NCBI GenBank assembly: GCA_002189035.1
Contig: NEEC01000018.1
Location: 744,001 to 808,000 of the forward strand
From: Utricularia gibba
Lineage: Eukaryota; Plantae; Magnoliophyta
Direction: 5' to 3'
Length of the DNA: 64,000 bases
Shown here: positions 1 through 12,548 of the stretch, one piece after another
Numbering within the stretch: position 1 is the stretch's first letter
How the letters are laid out: each line of letters starts with the position of its first letter
Translations under genes and position numbers: made by a program
The notes under the pieces: generated by a model
What the model saw: only the letters and a program-made list of their open reading frames with translations
What the model was told of the DNA's origin: nothing
Databases searched by the model: none

Positions 1-34
1 GTACAGTAATTAAATGGTAAGTTTCATGCTCTAC

Positions 35-3000
35 CTTGGCAACTGAGGAAAGAAGGGACAGTATTTCTTGACCAGACGCCAAAGTAGAGGGAACCAGTCC
101 AGCTTCGTTTGCAGATGGCTGCTGAATGTAGCCAACAAGATATTAGCACCCAAAATAAGATCTCTAAACATAATATAAGAGCTTTTTCTCTTTCGTTGCA
201 CAGCTTTTTTATTTTTGTCGGCTGGTGTGGAACTACTAGTAGCTATAAAACATGATATATCTGTAGGCAAAGAAAATATTACATCCTGAACGAAGGGCCG
301 GTGAGAGTTATTACCATTTCAAGAAACTAATATGGAACTCAAGTATTTGCATTACAAGGTTAAAAAGATGGCAGGCATATCTTGATGGATCAAGAAACAG
401 GTATAGTTGACAAAAAGCTTACCGATGTAGAAGATTCCTTCTGTTGAAGTTTGGAAAATAACACTATAAGACGTTGCAGGTTTCTTAGGTGTGTGAGATC
501 TTCGTCAGTAATTGAAGAGGAATTAGGTTCGAAGGGCAGGCTGCCAACCAATGGCAAAGCTATTGAATCTAAGGTTGCTAGGCCAAGCGCATCCATCCCC
601 TGTCAACACACAGAATCAGAGGATGAAATAACCCAGAGAAGTCACACAATATGATGAATGATTCCGAACTGCATCAAAGGACAAGTTACGGAAAATTCCA
701 CGTACGGCAGAGTCAAAGAAAGAAAGAAATTGTACTCTTACCTTCACTATTTCATCAAGTATTAATTCCCGCACAAATGCAACCTGTGAAACAGGAGAAC
801 ATATAAGACATTTAATTTGTTGACGACGTTTTGCCAAATAATGGCATATAACCTTCTCATTCAATGCAAAAGCCAAAATTTGTTCGATGTCAAACTCCAA
901 GGATCCTTCTACCGGTTCTTTGGAAGTCAATCGTTCTGTCCTTACACGTAGTGACTGTCCAGAAGGGAAAACACGTCAGAAATGTAAAAAAAATGAATGG
1001 TGAAAAAACGTTTGATAACAGATGCTGACTCTGCATATTTAACACACGGAAGAGAAGAACTGAAATGCAGCTCCAGGAGCAGATAACAAATATGTTATCG
1101 AGACAAAACTGAATTTTCTGATTTCAAACTTAAGCCTATTCTTTCCATTTTTCATTTCAGTAATAGAAAAAAAAATAAAGAAAGAAACACAAGTATCTCA
1201 CCTCGTATACCAATGACTCCAATCTATCAATCCTGAAAACCCCGTCCTATTGAAAAGAAGAAATCAGTGCTTCATAGTGGCGGGTGAAAAATTGAGAAAG
1301 TCAAGTATATTAATTTGGCTCACCTTATAGAGAAGCGCTTTTAGAGACGAATTCAATGTTGGGGAAGTGTCTGTAAGTACCTTCCGGGCAATCCAGGGAT
1401 ATGCACTGCTCAAAACTTTGTAATCAGGATCAAAGCTAACGGCAATTCCCTCCAACACGGCGAGACTACATTATGCAGAAGAAGAAAAAATAATCAACTA
1501 AAGAAGAGCACATGCACCATATCATAAATAATTTTATGGCAGAAACTGAAAACAAAATAGCACAAAAGTTTTTTTCACCTTCTAATAACAAGAGAAAAAT
1601 AAGATGGAATTCTAAACTTGAATCTGTACCTGCAGAGATGAAAAAGAGCAACCCAGTGATCTAAGAAATTGACAAATTACAGGAACTAAGAAGATAAAGA
1701 ATAAAAACACTCAAAGCTCACATATTGGAATGGATATTTTCTGGCTAACTATACATTTCTTCATTAAGAGTGTTTCTAATAATGGCAATCGCAGATAATT
1801 CAACAAAGCTAAAGTCATTTACAAAAATGAAGAAAGGAAAAGAAAATATTACATGGTAGTTCCCAAATTCCCCACCAAGTCTCCAAAACTTATATTACGA
1901 ACTCCCTTGGAAACAGCATTGCGAAAAACGCCTACAATGAGAGATAATATGGATAAAATAACAATGCCTTTCTCTAGATCAACAAGCAGTTTAAGAAAGA
2001 CCTGTCAACGCCTGTGCAACAGCATCCTTATCCGCTGTGGGTGGAATAAACCTGTGAATTGCAAGTTTCAGAGAAACCAAAATATCCTACAAAATGTGAA
2101 GACTCAACTAAAGACATGGGCATACTCAACTTACCCAAGGTTGACGAAATCTTTAGCAAGTGCATCATAATCACGATTGACTAGATGCAAACAAGCTTCA
2201 ATGAATGCATCTTGAAGTTCTTGTTTGAACTCGCCCATCATACCAAAGTCTGAGTGAAACAAATGATTTTAGACCAAGGTGTGACTCAAAATCCCAATAA
2301 CAGTAAATAGTAGGACAATTAGGTTAATTTCAATGGAGAATTAAGCATTCATCAATATTCTCAATAACAGTCATAAGACTTTGATTTGGCAAAACCCTTC
2401 ATGCATAACATTCATAAGCATATCAAAACCAATCTAAACAAGTACCCAAGTAGGCAAGTTTTCCATCAAATGTCCGAAGCAGATTTCCGGGATGTGGATC
2501 AGCATGGTAGAACCCACACTCGAGAAGTTGATTCAACGAACAATAAACTCCAACCTACTTGGCCATACATCAACAAGCTTGTTACGGAATAGCATATCTT
2601 TTGGGAAATCAGATGCCAATGGTGGCTTGTAGTTTCTTGTACAGACCTCAATCATGTACATATCTTTTACTTCTGCAAGCTTTTGACCCTGGAAGAGACT
2701 GGTGCGTTAGATAAGTTTTTGAAATTGCAAAATTTCTTTCTTTTTATATCACATGCTAATATTACATTGTAATCACAGAATTCTCCTAAAGTTTCAATAA
2801 AACAAGATTATAGTATCAAATGATGCTGGGTCATCATGTTTCCTAAGTTATCACGGGGCTTGTTGGTACAATCTCTAATCCCAGTGAAAAAGTGACAGTT
2901 CTGTGTTTGAAGCTAGTGAAAATTCATTCAAAGTTCATGAAATAAATTACCAAGCCGGAATAAAAGTCACCTCAATCCACTGCATTGTGATAACTTTGCT

Positions 3001-4803
3001 GGTTGTTTGCTCAAGATAAACTTCAGGAACTATGACATCTTGTATGCTGCCATATAGCTTTCTGTTTGATAGGGAAATGTTAAATTTGCTCAAGATCCCA
3101 ATACCTGAAGATTTAGGCTTGTGAGTAATCATGGATAATACATGAGAAGAAAATGGCTTACCTAAACTTAACTCCATTTTTCGCTTCACTGTTGTAATCC
3201 ATCTCCTGCATTGAACGCTATTACCTGTAAGAAATATATGTAGTCCATTGACCAAACGGGCCCAGAAAATTTTACATGAACCCAAATTTTCTCTCCAGAT
3301 CATGAATCAACTACACAAGAATTTTGGAGGCCATTTTCTGTGAAAGAGGTTACCCGGAAAAGGCTCGATGCCCATTCATCAATGACTGACTGTAGGACAT
3401 TAGCATGTGTTAGCTACATTTAGTAAAGTAAAGAAGGTACAAAAAAGAACAATCTCAAAAAAGGAAAATGTGTTCTAATACAACCATTTTCCAAGAATAA
3501 TAACATACAAATCAATTGCACAAAAGCAAAGTCATACAAGAAAAGAATTGCTAGCACCTGAAGATCAGTGTTGAGCTTCCCTGCTCTCTTTATCAATCCT
3601 GCCAAATACCGCAAAATCAGTATGTCCAATGATATTGCAGCTCGGACTCCGGGTCTTTGAACTTTTACGGCAACAACTTTCCCATTGGAGCGAAGCCTGG
3701 CTTGATAGACCTATTTTTTTGTGGGATAGAAGTCAATGCAACCACATTTTGTCGTGTCTAATTCTACATTTAGAAAAGAATGTGAAAACCAGTTGAATCT
3801 CATAAGGTCATCAAGAATTGAGTGCCTGTCCAAGAGACGCAGCAGCCACAGGTTCAGGTGTGATTTCAGAGAATATGCCATCTAATGGCATTCCAAGCTC
3901 TTGCTCTATTGTCTGAAATGCAACTTTAGAGGAAAACGGAGCGATTCGATCTTGAAGAAGAGAAAGCTCGTCCAAATATGAGGGTGGTATCAGATCCTGT
4001 GAGAGGCCAAGTGAGGAAAATATACAACCAAACAATGAAGTTCACTTCAAACTTTAGACACCGCGTTTTAAGTGGCAATGGCATATATGATGTTAATTAC
4101 ACTCACGGCTCTAGATGATACTGCCTGAGCTATCTTTACGTAAGCCTGCAGTGTATGAGAAAAGGAGAATTAAGGTAAAGTTAGAAAAGTGCCCCTTTAG
4201 TGTTCTACCAAAACAGTATGTAAATACGAAATTGATTATTAAACACACCGGGCCAAGTTGAACCAGTATCTTCCTCAGTTCCGCAGCTCTATCCTACAAC
4301 ACAAAAAGACATCAGATATCAAATAATAGAGCACTGGCAACAAGATGGTGCTGACCATTACAGCACTATATAAAACCCACCAGGTAATAGTTTGTTATTT
4401 CCTGCTATATTGTATATAAAGTAAAAGACGTTTCTCCAGACATATGATCAAATAATACTCAAACCTTGAACAAAAAGTCATCGCGCTCAGCGACGCGGTC
4501 GTAGAATCTGAGAGCGAACCACTTGCCCAACATAGTGCCTGTTTGCAAAAGCCTTCGAATCACAATCAGCGGCTTCTTCTTGTATATGGCAGAAATTTTA
4601 GATATGCTATACTCCGTCAACGACTCAGCTTCCGAGGAGCCCTCAAAAAGGTATCCCGATGACTGCGTGAACGCGTCCACTTCTTTAGAAGCACAGTGCA
4701 CGAGGAGTGAGGGGCGAGGAAGGGCATTGCGCTGTAGCATGCGCCTCAGTGAGAAGTCCGCCGCCGGAAAGTGCGGCGGAGATAGCAGCGGCACGAGTAG
4801 CAT
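35..4803 (-). CDS. ABC1K5: ABC1/AarF-domain atypical protein kinase, chloroplastic (At1g71810/ABC1K5-like); 3' end lies left of the window
   Basis: Hand-spliced exons (minus): 4803-4465, 4293-4249, 4145-4107, 3996-3826, 3710-3558, 3389-3354, 3205-3162, 3061-2971, 2688-2647, 2554-2446, 2249-2135, 2051-2002, 1931-1853, 1629-1579, 1465-1324, 1246-1202, 954-853, 783-742, 599-423, 121(or 118)-35. Phases are all consistent, giving about 653 aa in the window. ABC1K motifs present: [42 protein letters not shown]-terminus is transit-peptide-like. All introns are GT-AG except one GC-AG. The family call is firm; the orthologue assignment is from recalled sequence. Confidence 0.93.
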
Positions 4804-6315
4804 CCGATCCGTCGGGAAGAGAAAGAGATCGTCTGTAGCAAATGCAACGGTTAGCTGGGACGGCTTCTTCCTGTCCACTCTTCAATTTCCGATTTTTCAA
4901 AGAGAATAAATATTTATTAATCCAAATGCTCTTTATTTCCGAAAAATTAAAAGTTGATATTTTGAAAAATTAGAATATATGATTTTTCAACTTCTTAAAA
5001 TTGCTACTACTAAATTTTTAAATTTTTTAAATTAAAAAATCATTTATAATTTTTTCAAAAATAAAACATATCCCAAATAGAGTTTTATATTACTTATTCA
5101 AGTTGATATAAATATTTATTTAGTTCTTTTATAGGTAAATTTGCATTTTATTTCATCAATGATAGATATAAATATTTTTAATTATTTTATTTATTGAGAT
5201 TAATATTGGATGAGCATAGAATAAAAAATGAATACCATTAATTTTTTTAACACTATTTTTTTATTTTTTAACTAATTAAATATACTTAAATAGTATTATA
5301 AAACTCATATAATATTTATCTCATGCAATCTCAAGTTATTGAATGCACTAAGTACATTTTAATGTCAAATTAGACCATCAAATATATTAGTTATTTATAT
5401 TCATATTTATTGGCAATTTATAAATTGTATTTTTTTCTAATAGTTTTGATAATAATCATTCAGTTTATTTAAAAAGTATATTATTCATATGATTTCAAAT
5501 AGTTTATAATGCAACATACAGATAACTTTTAAAAGTATGTACATATTTTCAAATCTTATGTTAGTTCTATTAAGACTATAAACTAAACTACATTATACTT
5601 TCAAACAATTTCAAAAATACTTCACCTCCTCACATTGATCAATAATGGTGGAATGATTCTACATAAAAAACAACTCGTACATTCTTCACTCATAATTTAA
5701 ATTATCACCTATAATTAATTTAGATTCTCTATAATGATTAATACATTTTTAACTCCTCATCATATATTGAAATTAATCTTTCTCATTATCTAATATCCTT
5801 CATTTAATAATCAGTATTTGACACATTATTTTCTTCTCATACTGTCGTAAGTCATATATAACATTCATCTTTATCACAAAAAATTCACTTTGTATCTACA
5901 TGATCTATTTGTCATAGCAAAATCTGATTTTTCTCTCCATTTTTTATCTTTCTATTGCATGCTTGATATACAAAATAATATGAAATATCTTCACTTTTTG
6001 TTCACAATTACAATCTTTAATAATTTTTTATCATATGACTTCCATCTAAATTCATTCTCCAATCCATCTCTTAATTTGAGTCTACTATTCTCTTCTATAA
6101 TATATCTTTTTGAATAAAAAATCTTCAACATTATTTGGTAAATAATTATTACTTGTGTTTCTCCTATTATGTCTATTGAATACTTTGTTTTTCATTTAAC
6201 TTATTTCATAAGTAGTTACGTCACTACATTTTAATCTTCTCTAATATATCTATTGGGACATTATATAAGAATAAGTTTAAAAAAGACTTGACAAAACTGA
6301 TTTAATTAATACAAA

Positions 6316-6484
6316 TCTATCTATATTAGAAATAGATGTCCTAACTATATATCTATTCTACTCTACATTCTATCTATATTAGAAATAGATGTCCTAACTA
6401 TAAATCTATTATACTCTACATTCTATCTATATTAGAAATAGATGTCCTAACTATATATCTATTCTACTCTACATTTTATCTATA
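6316..6484. repeat. 53-bp tandem repeat, 3 full copies plus a partial
   Basis: Unit TCTATCTATATTAGAAATAGATGTCCTAACTATATATCTATTCTACTCTACAT at 6316, 6369 and 6422; copy 2 differs at 2 positions. Confidence 0.95.
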
Positions 6485-6660
6485 ATTATATTCTATTTAT
6501 GCCTTCTAAATATGTTATCTCACAATTATGAAACTCAAGTTATTAAAATAGTAGTTTCTCTAACGATACTTTTAATTCAATTACAAAATTTATCAAATAC
6601 AAAAATTATCTATAAGTGTTTTTACCTACACTCAAATATTTTTAGATCACTTTCACAACA

Positions 6661-7775
6661 TGATAAGTGATTTTGTGTCGTTCCAAAACATGTTCTTCCA
6701 CTACTCTTGAGTGTTGTTTTTACTTATCTTAGACCCCACTTTTTCATTATTCTCAATTGATTTTGCATCTTTCACACTACTTTGATCTTTTTGGAGAGAA
6801 AGTGTATTTTGTGGATTTTTAGGGTACTTTTGGATTAATTTGAGGAGAAATCAAGACACATTAAATTATGGACTTGATGGACCACGAATCTCAACCCAAG
6901 ACTCGGTCAATCGATGAAGATTTGGTCAAGATTCGTGGATAAGATAAAGATATGAAGATGATTTTTGAAGATTTGAATAAAAGATTTGGATAGAAGATCT
7001 TATCCAAGTCCATCAAATAAGCTCAATACGAAGACTTGGATTGACTTTCCTATAAATACCCCACCCTCTCAACTATTAGAAACGTTTTTGACCACTTTTC
7101 CTTTGTTTCTTTCCTATTTTCGTGTCTATTTTCATGTTAGAGTCGAGTCTGCGCGTGTAGGCGCTTGCGGCTGAGTATCTGCGGTGAAGCCTTGCTTGCG
7201 CAAGTCCTGCACGTGTGACTGTTTTACTATGTTTTTCGACATTTAAATTGAGGTTTGATTCTTTAGTATCACATATCCCGAAGGGAGTGTGATAGAATCA
7301 AAGGTTGGCCTCAAGCATCTAAGAAGAAGGGCTCAATCGGACATCGTTGGTAAGGCACATTCGGTCTAATCTGTCTACGAGGTGTGAGGTGTATGGGTTA
7401 GATTTGGGTGTGGGGAAAACATGAGTTATCAAAAGAGGTGAAATGGCTCTGGTGGTATGGTTGATTCCATAATCACACAAAACAAGGGACGTTGCTATAA
7501 CGGTCACCGAATAGCACTACTTTAGAATAACACCTCCAAAGCTTGCGCAAGTAGGTCAGTCTTCAAGGTTTGCACACACGCAAGGGTGAGTTTCAAGTAA
7601 GTTGAGTCTTGAATTCAAAGCCAGTTTTCTTATTGTTTTTAAAACAAAATCTTTCTTTTATTTTCGTACTTTTTTCAATTTTTGTTTGAAAAGAAAATTC
7701 TAATAGCAATTCATTGTGGATACGATTTTATTTTATTATTTCAACGGTTTATGTGCACTTGTAGAATCACCATCA
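6661..7775 (+). mobile_element. Solo LTR (copy A), probably Ty3/Gypsy Athila-like
   Basis: Starts TGATAA, ends ACCATCA. Perfect 5-bp TSD CAACA at 6656-6660 and 7776-7780. TATAAATA at 7051-7058. Colinear with the reverse complement of 11354-12548. The lineage is inferred from the termini only. Confidence 0.9.
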
Positions 7776-8170
7776 CAACAAATGAATCAAACCCCATTTG
7801 CAATAACATCTGAATCTCACTCATTTAATGTCAAGTTATTAAAATATTTTATAAAATGAGTGCTAGTTTCTAAGTATATAAATATCATATACTGTGAGTA
7901 TTCATTGTTTTTGTTCTAATTTAACATTGTTTTCCAATGGCTCCATATTTTCATAATAATATTTGAGAAGAAACACATGTTGTAAAACAACATTATATTA
8001 GAATAAAATAGGATATCTAATGAATATTTAAAAAAAAATGCTTGAGGAAATGATTTTAATAATAATTTTTTTTTAAAAAAAAGGGGGTATGTGAGAAATT
8101 CAGTATAGCTAGCTCTCTTTGCCTACCCATCTCTCTAAGAATAAGTGACGTCACAAAAGCCGCAGTGGGG

Positions 8171-8692
8171 ATGCGGAGCATTTCGTTCGTTCGTCTGGCA
8201 GCGGTGATTTCCGACTTCATCTTCACCGTCGTCCCCCAGTTAATCCGCATCCTCATCCTCCTAATTGGCGTCACCACGACGTCGTACAGACGAATGACAT
8301 CCAGTCGGCGTTACGGCGCCGCTATTGACGGACGCTCCTCCAGATTCACCTACGTGTACGAAACCCACGGCGGGTTGGACGATTGCCCATTGTGCTTGAG
8401 GGAGATTGTGGAGAGAGAGAAGGTGAGGAGGTTGCGGTGCGAGCATACGTTCCATCGGAATTGCGTAGATCAGTGGCTGAGGAGCAGCGGCGCTTCGGGA
8501 TGTCCGCTCTGCCGCCGGGATGTGCTGCCGCTGGAGGAGGTGGAGGAGTACGAGTTGGTGCAGAGAATGGCGGCGGAGACGGTGTTTGAGAAGGAATTGG
8601 CGCTCCTACTCCTTTCCGGGCTGAACTCCGGCGGATGCCATCTGAAACATCGCGCGTCCTCTTCCATGTTTATTAGTTTCCTAAAATGTTGA
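8171..8692 (+). CDS. RING-H2 finger protein (ATL-like E3 ubiquitin ligase), intronless, 173 aa
   Basis: CPLC-x14[13 protein letters not shown]...CPLC gives the C3H2C3 pattern with the conserved Trp. Hydrophobic N-terminal stretch (putative TM). First ATG at 8171; the ORF-track start at 8165 is GTG. Confidence 0.9.
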   Translation: MRSISFVRLAAVISDFIFTVVPQLIRILILLIGVTTTSYRRMTSSRRYGAAIDGRSSRFTYVYETHGGLDDCPLCLREIVEREKVRRLRCEHTFHRNCVDQWLRSSGASGCPLCRRDVLPLEEVEEYELVQRMAAETVFEKELALLLLSGLNSGGCHLKHRASSSMFISFLKC

Positions 8693-8945
8693 TACTATCT
8701 CCAACTGTTTCCACTGAGTCTACGGTGTTACTTTATTTTCGTTTATTACATTTTTCGAATTTTTTTCATTTACATTATGAAAATCCATTAAAATGAACAC
8801 AAAAAATATGACACCTCGGATTTATATAAATGATTTATGTTACGGAAATGATTGTAGGTAAGATGAAAATTTAGTAACTAGATTTTCGAAAATATAGTAA
8901 AATTAACGTGATACTTCAGATTTCTGAAAACCATTGGAGATGTTT
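8693..8945. mobile_element. Putative Tourist-like (PIF/Harbinger) MITE
   Basis: Imperfect terminal inverted repeat ATCTCCAA (8697-8704) / TTGGAGAT (8934-8941), resembling Tourist TIRs of the GAGCATCTCCAA type. About 250 bp and AT-rich. No clear TSD. Confidence 0.4.
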
Positions 8946-11353
8946 TGATGTGGTATTTTAGAAAATGAAATAAATGTTTCTGAAATTAATAAATTTTTTT
9001 TTCATTTTTTTCGAAAACGAAAATGAAGAAACTTGGTTTACTTCCCAAAATAATTTAAAATATAATTTATAATATTTATTTTAATATTATGATTTCAAAA
9101 AATGAGTAAAATTAATAACTTAATTTTCGAAAATATCATATTACCATTTCTAAAAACGAGTAAAGATGATCTTAATGGATAAGATGCCCAGAAAGACCAT
9201 TTTTAAGAAAGATTGACTTTTATTGAATTCAATGAAATCATTGATTCTATTCCCTTGTGGTCATAATCTTTATTTATTTATTATTTGGAATTTGCTGATT
9301 ATTTTGAAAATAATTGAGACCTGCATTTTATCTTTATAAATTTCGAATTCCAGAGAAAAATGATATATATTCTAGATATTTAATTTTAAAAAATAAAAAT
9401 AATTTTCAAAAAATATAGATAAGCATATGCCAACGAGCGGGCCCTTTTTCTTGGTTTGGAGGACCAAAGATCAATACCCCATGCAAATTACAAGGTACAA
9501 CATATGATTGAAAAGTCGATTCCCCCGTTGCAAAAGAATTAGGAATAATTAAATTTCTTTAACTTTTAATTTTTTTAAATTCTAATTGTTAGCTATATGT
9601 AGTACAATCAGAAATCAAAACACTATAATTAACTTTAAAATTTAAATTTATTAAATATCTATTTCATTGATTAAATAAAAAATTATTCAACTTTTATATA
9701 TTCTAATAATATATTTATATTATAACATTAAATTATACAATAATTAAATATAATAAATTTTAAAATATATATTTTATTTTATTAAATTTTATATATCACA
9801 AAAAAGAGTTTTACAATTTCAAAACTAATTCTATTCTGAAAAAACAAAACAAAATAGGTACTATATGTTTGGAAGCCTTCAATTTTCCATTTTATTCGGA
9901 AAAGTTACTTCATTAATTCATGGGCCTAGGAAGTGGATTTCTGCGGCGTGTGTGGATAGTTTTGGGCCCATGCCCAGACGCAAGCACACAGCTTTCCTAC
10001 AATTAATTAAAATAATTTTTCAATTAATTAATAGACATTTTAATTTGGATGTGAAGTGTATGTTTTGAAATCATATATCATTAAAATGTAGTCGCTTTTG
10101 AAAAGATGACCTCACGGGTGTTTGATAATCTATTTTAAGTGACTTTTAATAGGATTTTGGATTTAATAAATCTTGTTTAATACCAATTTTATAAATAATC
10201 ATATATTAATTGTCTAATTTAACTTCGAGTTTTTTCAAATCAATTTAATTGTAATATATATTTGACATGCTTTTTTAATGAACACTAATTATTAAAAAAA
10301 TATGGAAATATTTTTTCAACAGCTTTTGAATCAGCACGGTAATATTTTTCATAATAAACAAGCTTTTGTGTAATATTATATACAAACTTTTGCATTTCAT
10401 AACAACATTACTAAAGTTGGAGATTTTATTTATTAGAAAAATAAAATTATTATGATATAATTTAGGGTAAAATAGTAAAGATGAGATTTCAATTTAATTA
10501 AATCCTATTTTAACAACAGTACATTTAACTATGTTACTACTAAATCCTTAAGGAGATGTTTGATAGTTGAGTTTAGAGTTTGAATTTATGATTTACTTGC
10601 ATTTGACATATAGATTACACTTGAATTAATTTATTTAAACTCTCAGTAAGATATGATAGATTTTTGGATATAAATATATATATTTAATAAATTTTTATAA
10701 ACAATAAAATTAAAATTGATAAATATAATAATAATGAATTAAAAATATATTCTCCACTCATTAAACTTCTTCACTTTTCATTTTCCTCCATTAATTGATA
10801 TGCAAATTAGATATTTTCCTTTTATGGAATTTCTTAATTTATGTTTTAGCAATTATATAAAATATTAATTAGAAAAATTACATTATTCACTTTTTATCTA
10901 TTTTAAAAATATATTTTATTTTATTAAATTTATAATATAATTTTATATTATAAAACAGTTTTACAATTTTAAAATTAATTATATTTACATAATATCAAAA
11001 TCGATTTCATTCTATAGAATAGACACTTTGGTAGGATAGAATACATTGGTTTTCTTTGGATAGTAAATATACCATATGCGTGTGGTATAAACCTGTCATT
11101 TCCCAAGATTGTGAATTTTAATTATAACCACTATATTGATGGGTTTGATAATATCCAGTTTTTAAATGATTGTTTTGGACAAATATCATTTTTATTTCCC
11201 ATGTACCAAACATAAATTTTTTTAAACCTAATTAAATATAAACTCATCAAATATCCCAAATAACTCTAATCCAATTTATTTCTATTTTATCTACCAAACT
11301 GGTCCTTTGTGTATCTTTGAATTTGAACAGCCGGACTTGTGGATGATAAAAAC

Positions 11354-12548
11354 TGATGGTAATTCTGCAAGTGTACAGAAACCGTTGAAGTAATAAAATA
11401 AGATCGTATCTACAGGGAATTGTTATTGGAATATTCTTTTCAAAACAAAGATTTAAAAATATTGAAAATAAAAGAAAGATTGGGTTTTGAAGACAATAAG
11501 AAAAGTGGCATTGGATCTAAGAACCATCTTACTTGAAACTCGCCCTTGCGTGTGTATAAACCTTGAAGACTGACCTGCTTGCGCAAGCTTTGGGGGTATT
11601 ATGTTAAAGTAGTGCTACTCGGTGACCGTTATAGCACCGTCCCTTGTTTTGTGGGATCATGAAATCAATCACGCCACCAGAGCCATTTCACCTCTTGTGA
11701 TAACCCATGTTTTCCCCACACCCAAATTTAACTCTTACACCTCACACCTCGCAGACAGATTAGACAGAATGTGTCTTACCAACGATGTCCGATTGAGCCC
11801 TTCTCCTTAGGTGCTTGAGGCCAATCTTTGATTCTCCCACACTCCCTTAGGGTTATATGGTACTAAAGATTACATTAGTAAAGAAGACGTTGTGAAAAAC
11901 AGAATCAGACCTCAAATTAAATGCTGAAAAACATAGTAAGACAGTCACGCACGCATGACTTGCGCAAGCAAGGCTTCACAGTAGATCCTCAACCGCAAGC
12001 GCTCACACGCGCATGCTTGACTCTAAATAACAAAAGTTGATGAAAAACGAAAGGAAAGGAATGCAAAACATGCTAGACTCGACTCTAAACTCTAGATTGA
12101 CTCTCTGGTCGTCCACCACTTCGATTCCCTCCTTTAGGTCTTCGCGTTTGGATCTTTATATAATGGTGGGGATTTGTCGGGCTTCCTTGATGGGCTCACA
12201 TCAAATCTTCTATCCGAATCTTCTAAGATTTGATACAAATCTTCTAGGATGAGATCCAAATTTTCCAAGATAAGATGCGAATCTTATCTTATACGAGAAT
12301 CTTTGACCGAGTCTTCATCTCTGGATAGATCAAATCTTAGACTCCATCAAAGTAGCTCGAAAATCCTCCAAATTATTCCAAATTTGTCCTGAAAAATCAC
12401 AAAACATACTTTATCTCCAAAAATATAAAAGTGATATGAAAAATATAAAATTCTTCTAAAAACATAAAGAAAGTGAAATAAAAAAATGTAAAACTCATTT
12501 AAGAGAATTCTAAAAACCACAAATAAAATGACACAAAATCAATTATCA
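11354..12548 (-). mobile_element. Solo LTR (copy B), same family as 6661-7775, inverted orientation
   Basis: On the minus strand it starts TGATAA and ends ACCATCA. Perfect 5-bp TSD AAAAC at 11349-11353 and 12549-12553. Spurious ORFs 7319..7507(-) and 11622..11810(+) are near-identical, confirming homology. Confidence 0.9.

Noticed and set aside
4804-4878. 25-codon in-frame GTG-initiated extension upstream of the ABC1K ATG
   Set aside because: The ATG at 4803 already gives a normal-length transit-peptide-like N-terminus, so no extension is needed.
4523-4909. 128-aa plus-strand ORF
   Set aside because: Antisense shadow of GC-rich ABC1K exon 1; no motif.
6316-6484. CRISPR-like array
   Set aside because: Contiguous tandem units without unique spacers, in a eukaryotic context.
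7319-7507. Apparently conserved 62-aa protein present twice (also 11622-11810)
   Set aside because: GTG-started chance ORF on the antisense strand of the two homologous solo LTRs; the similarity reflects LTR identity.
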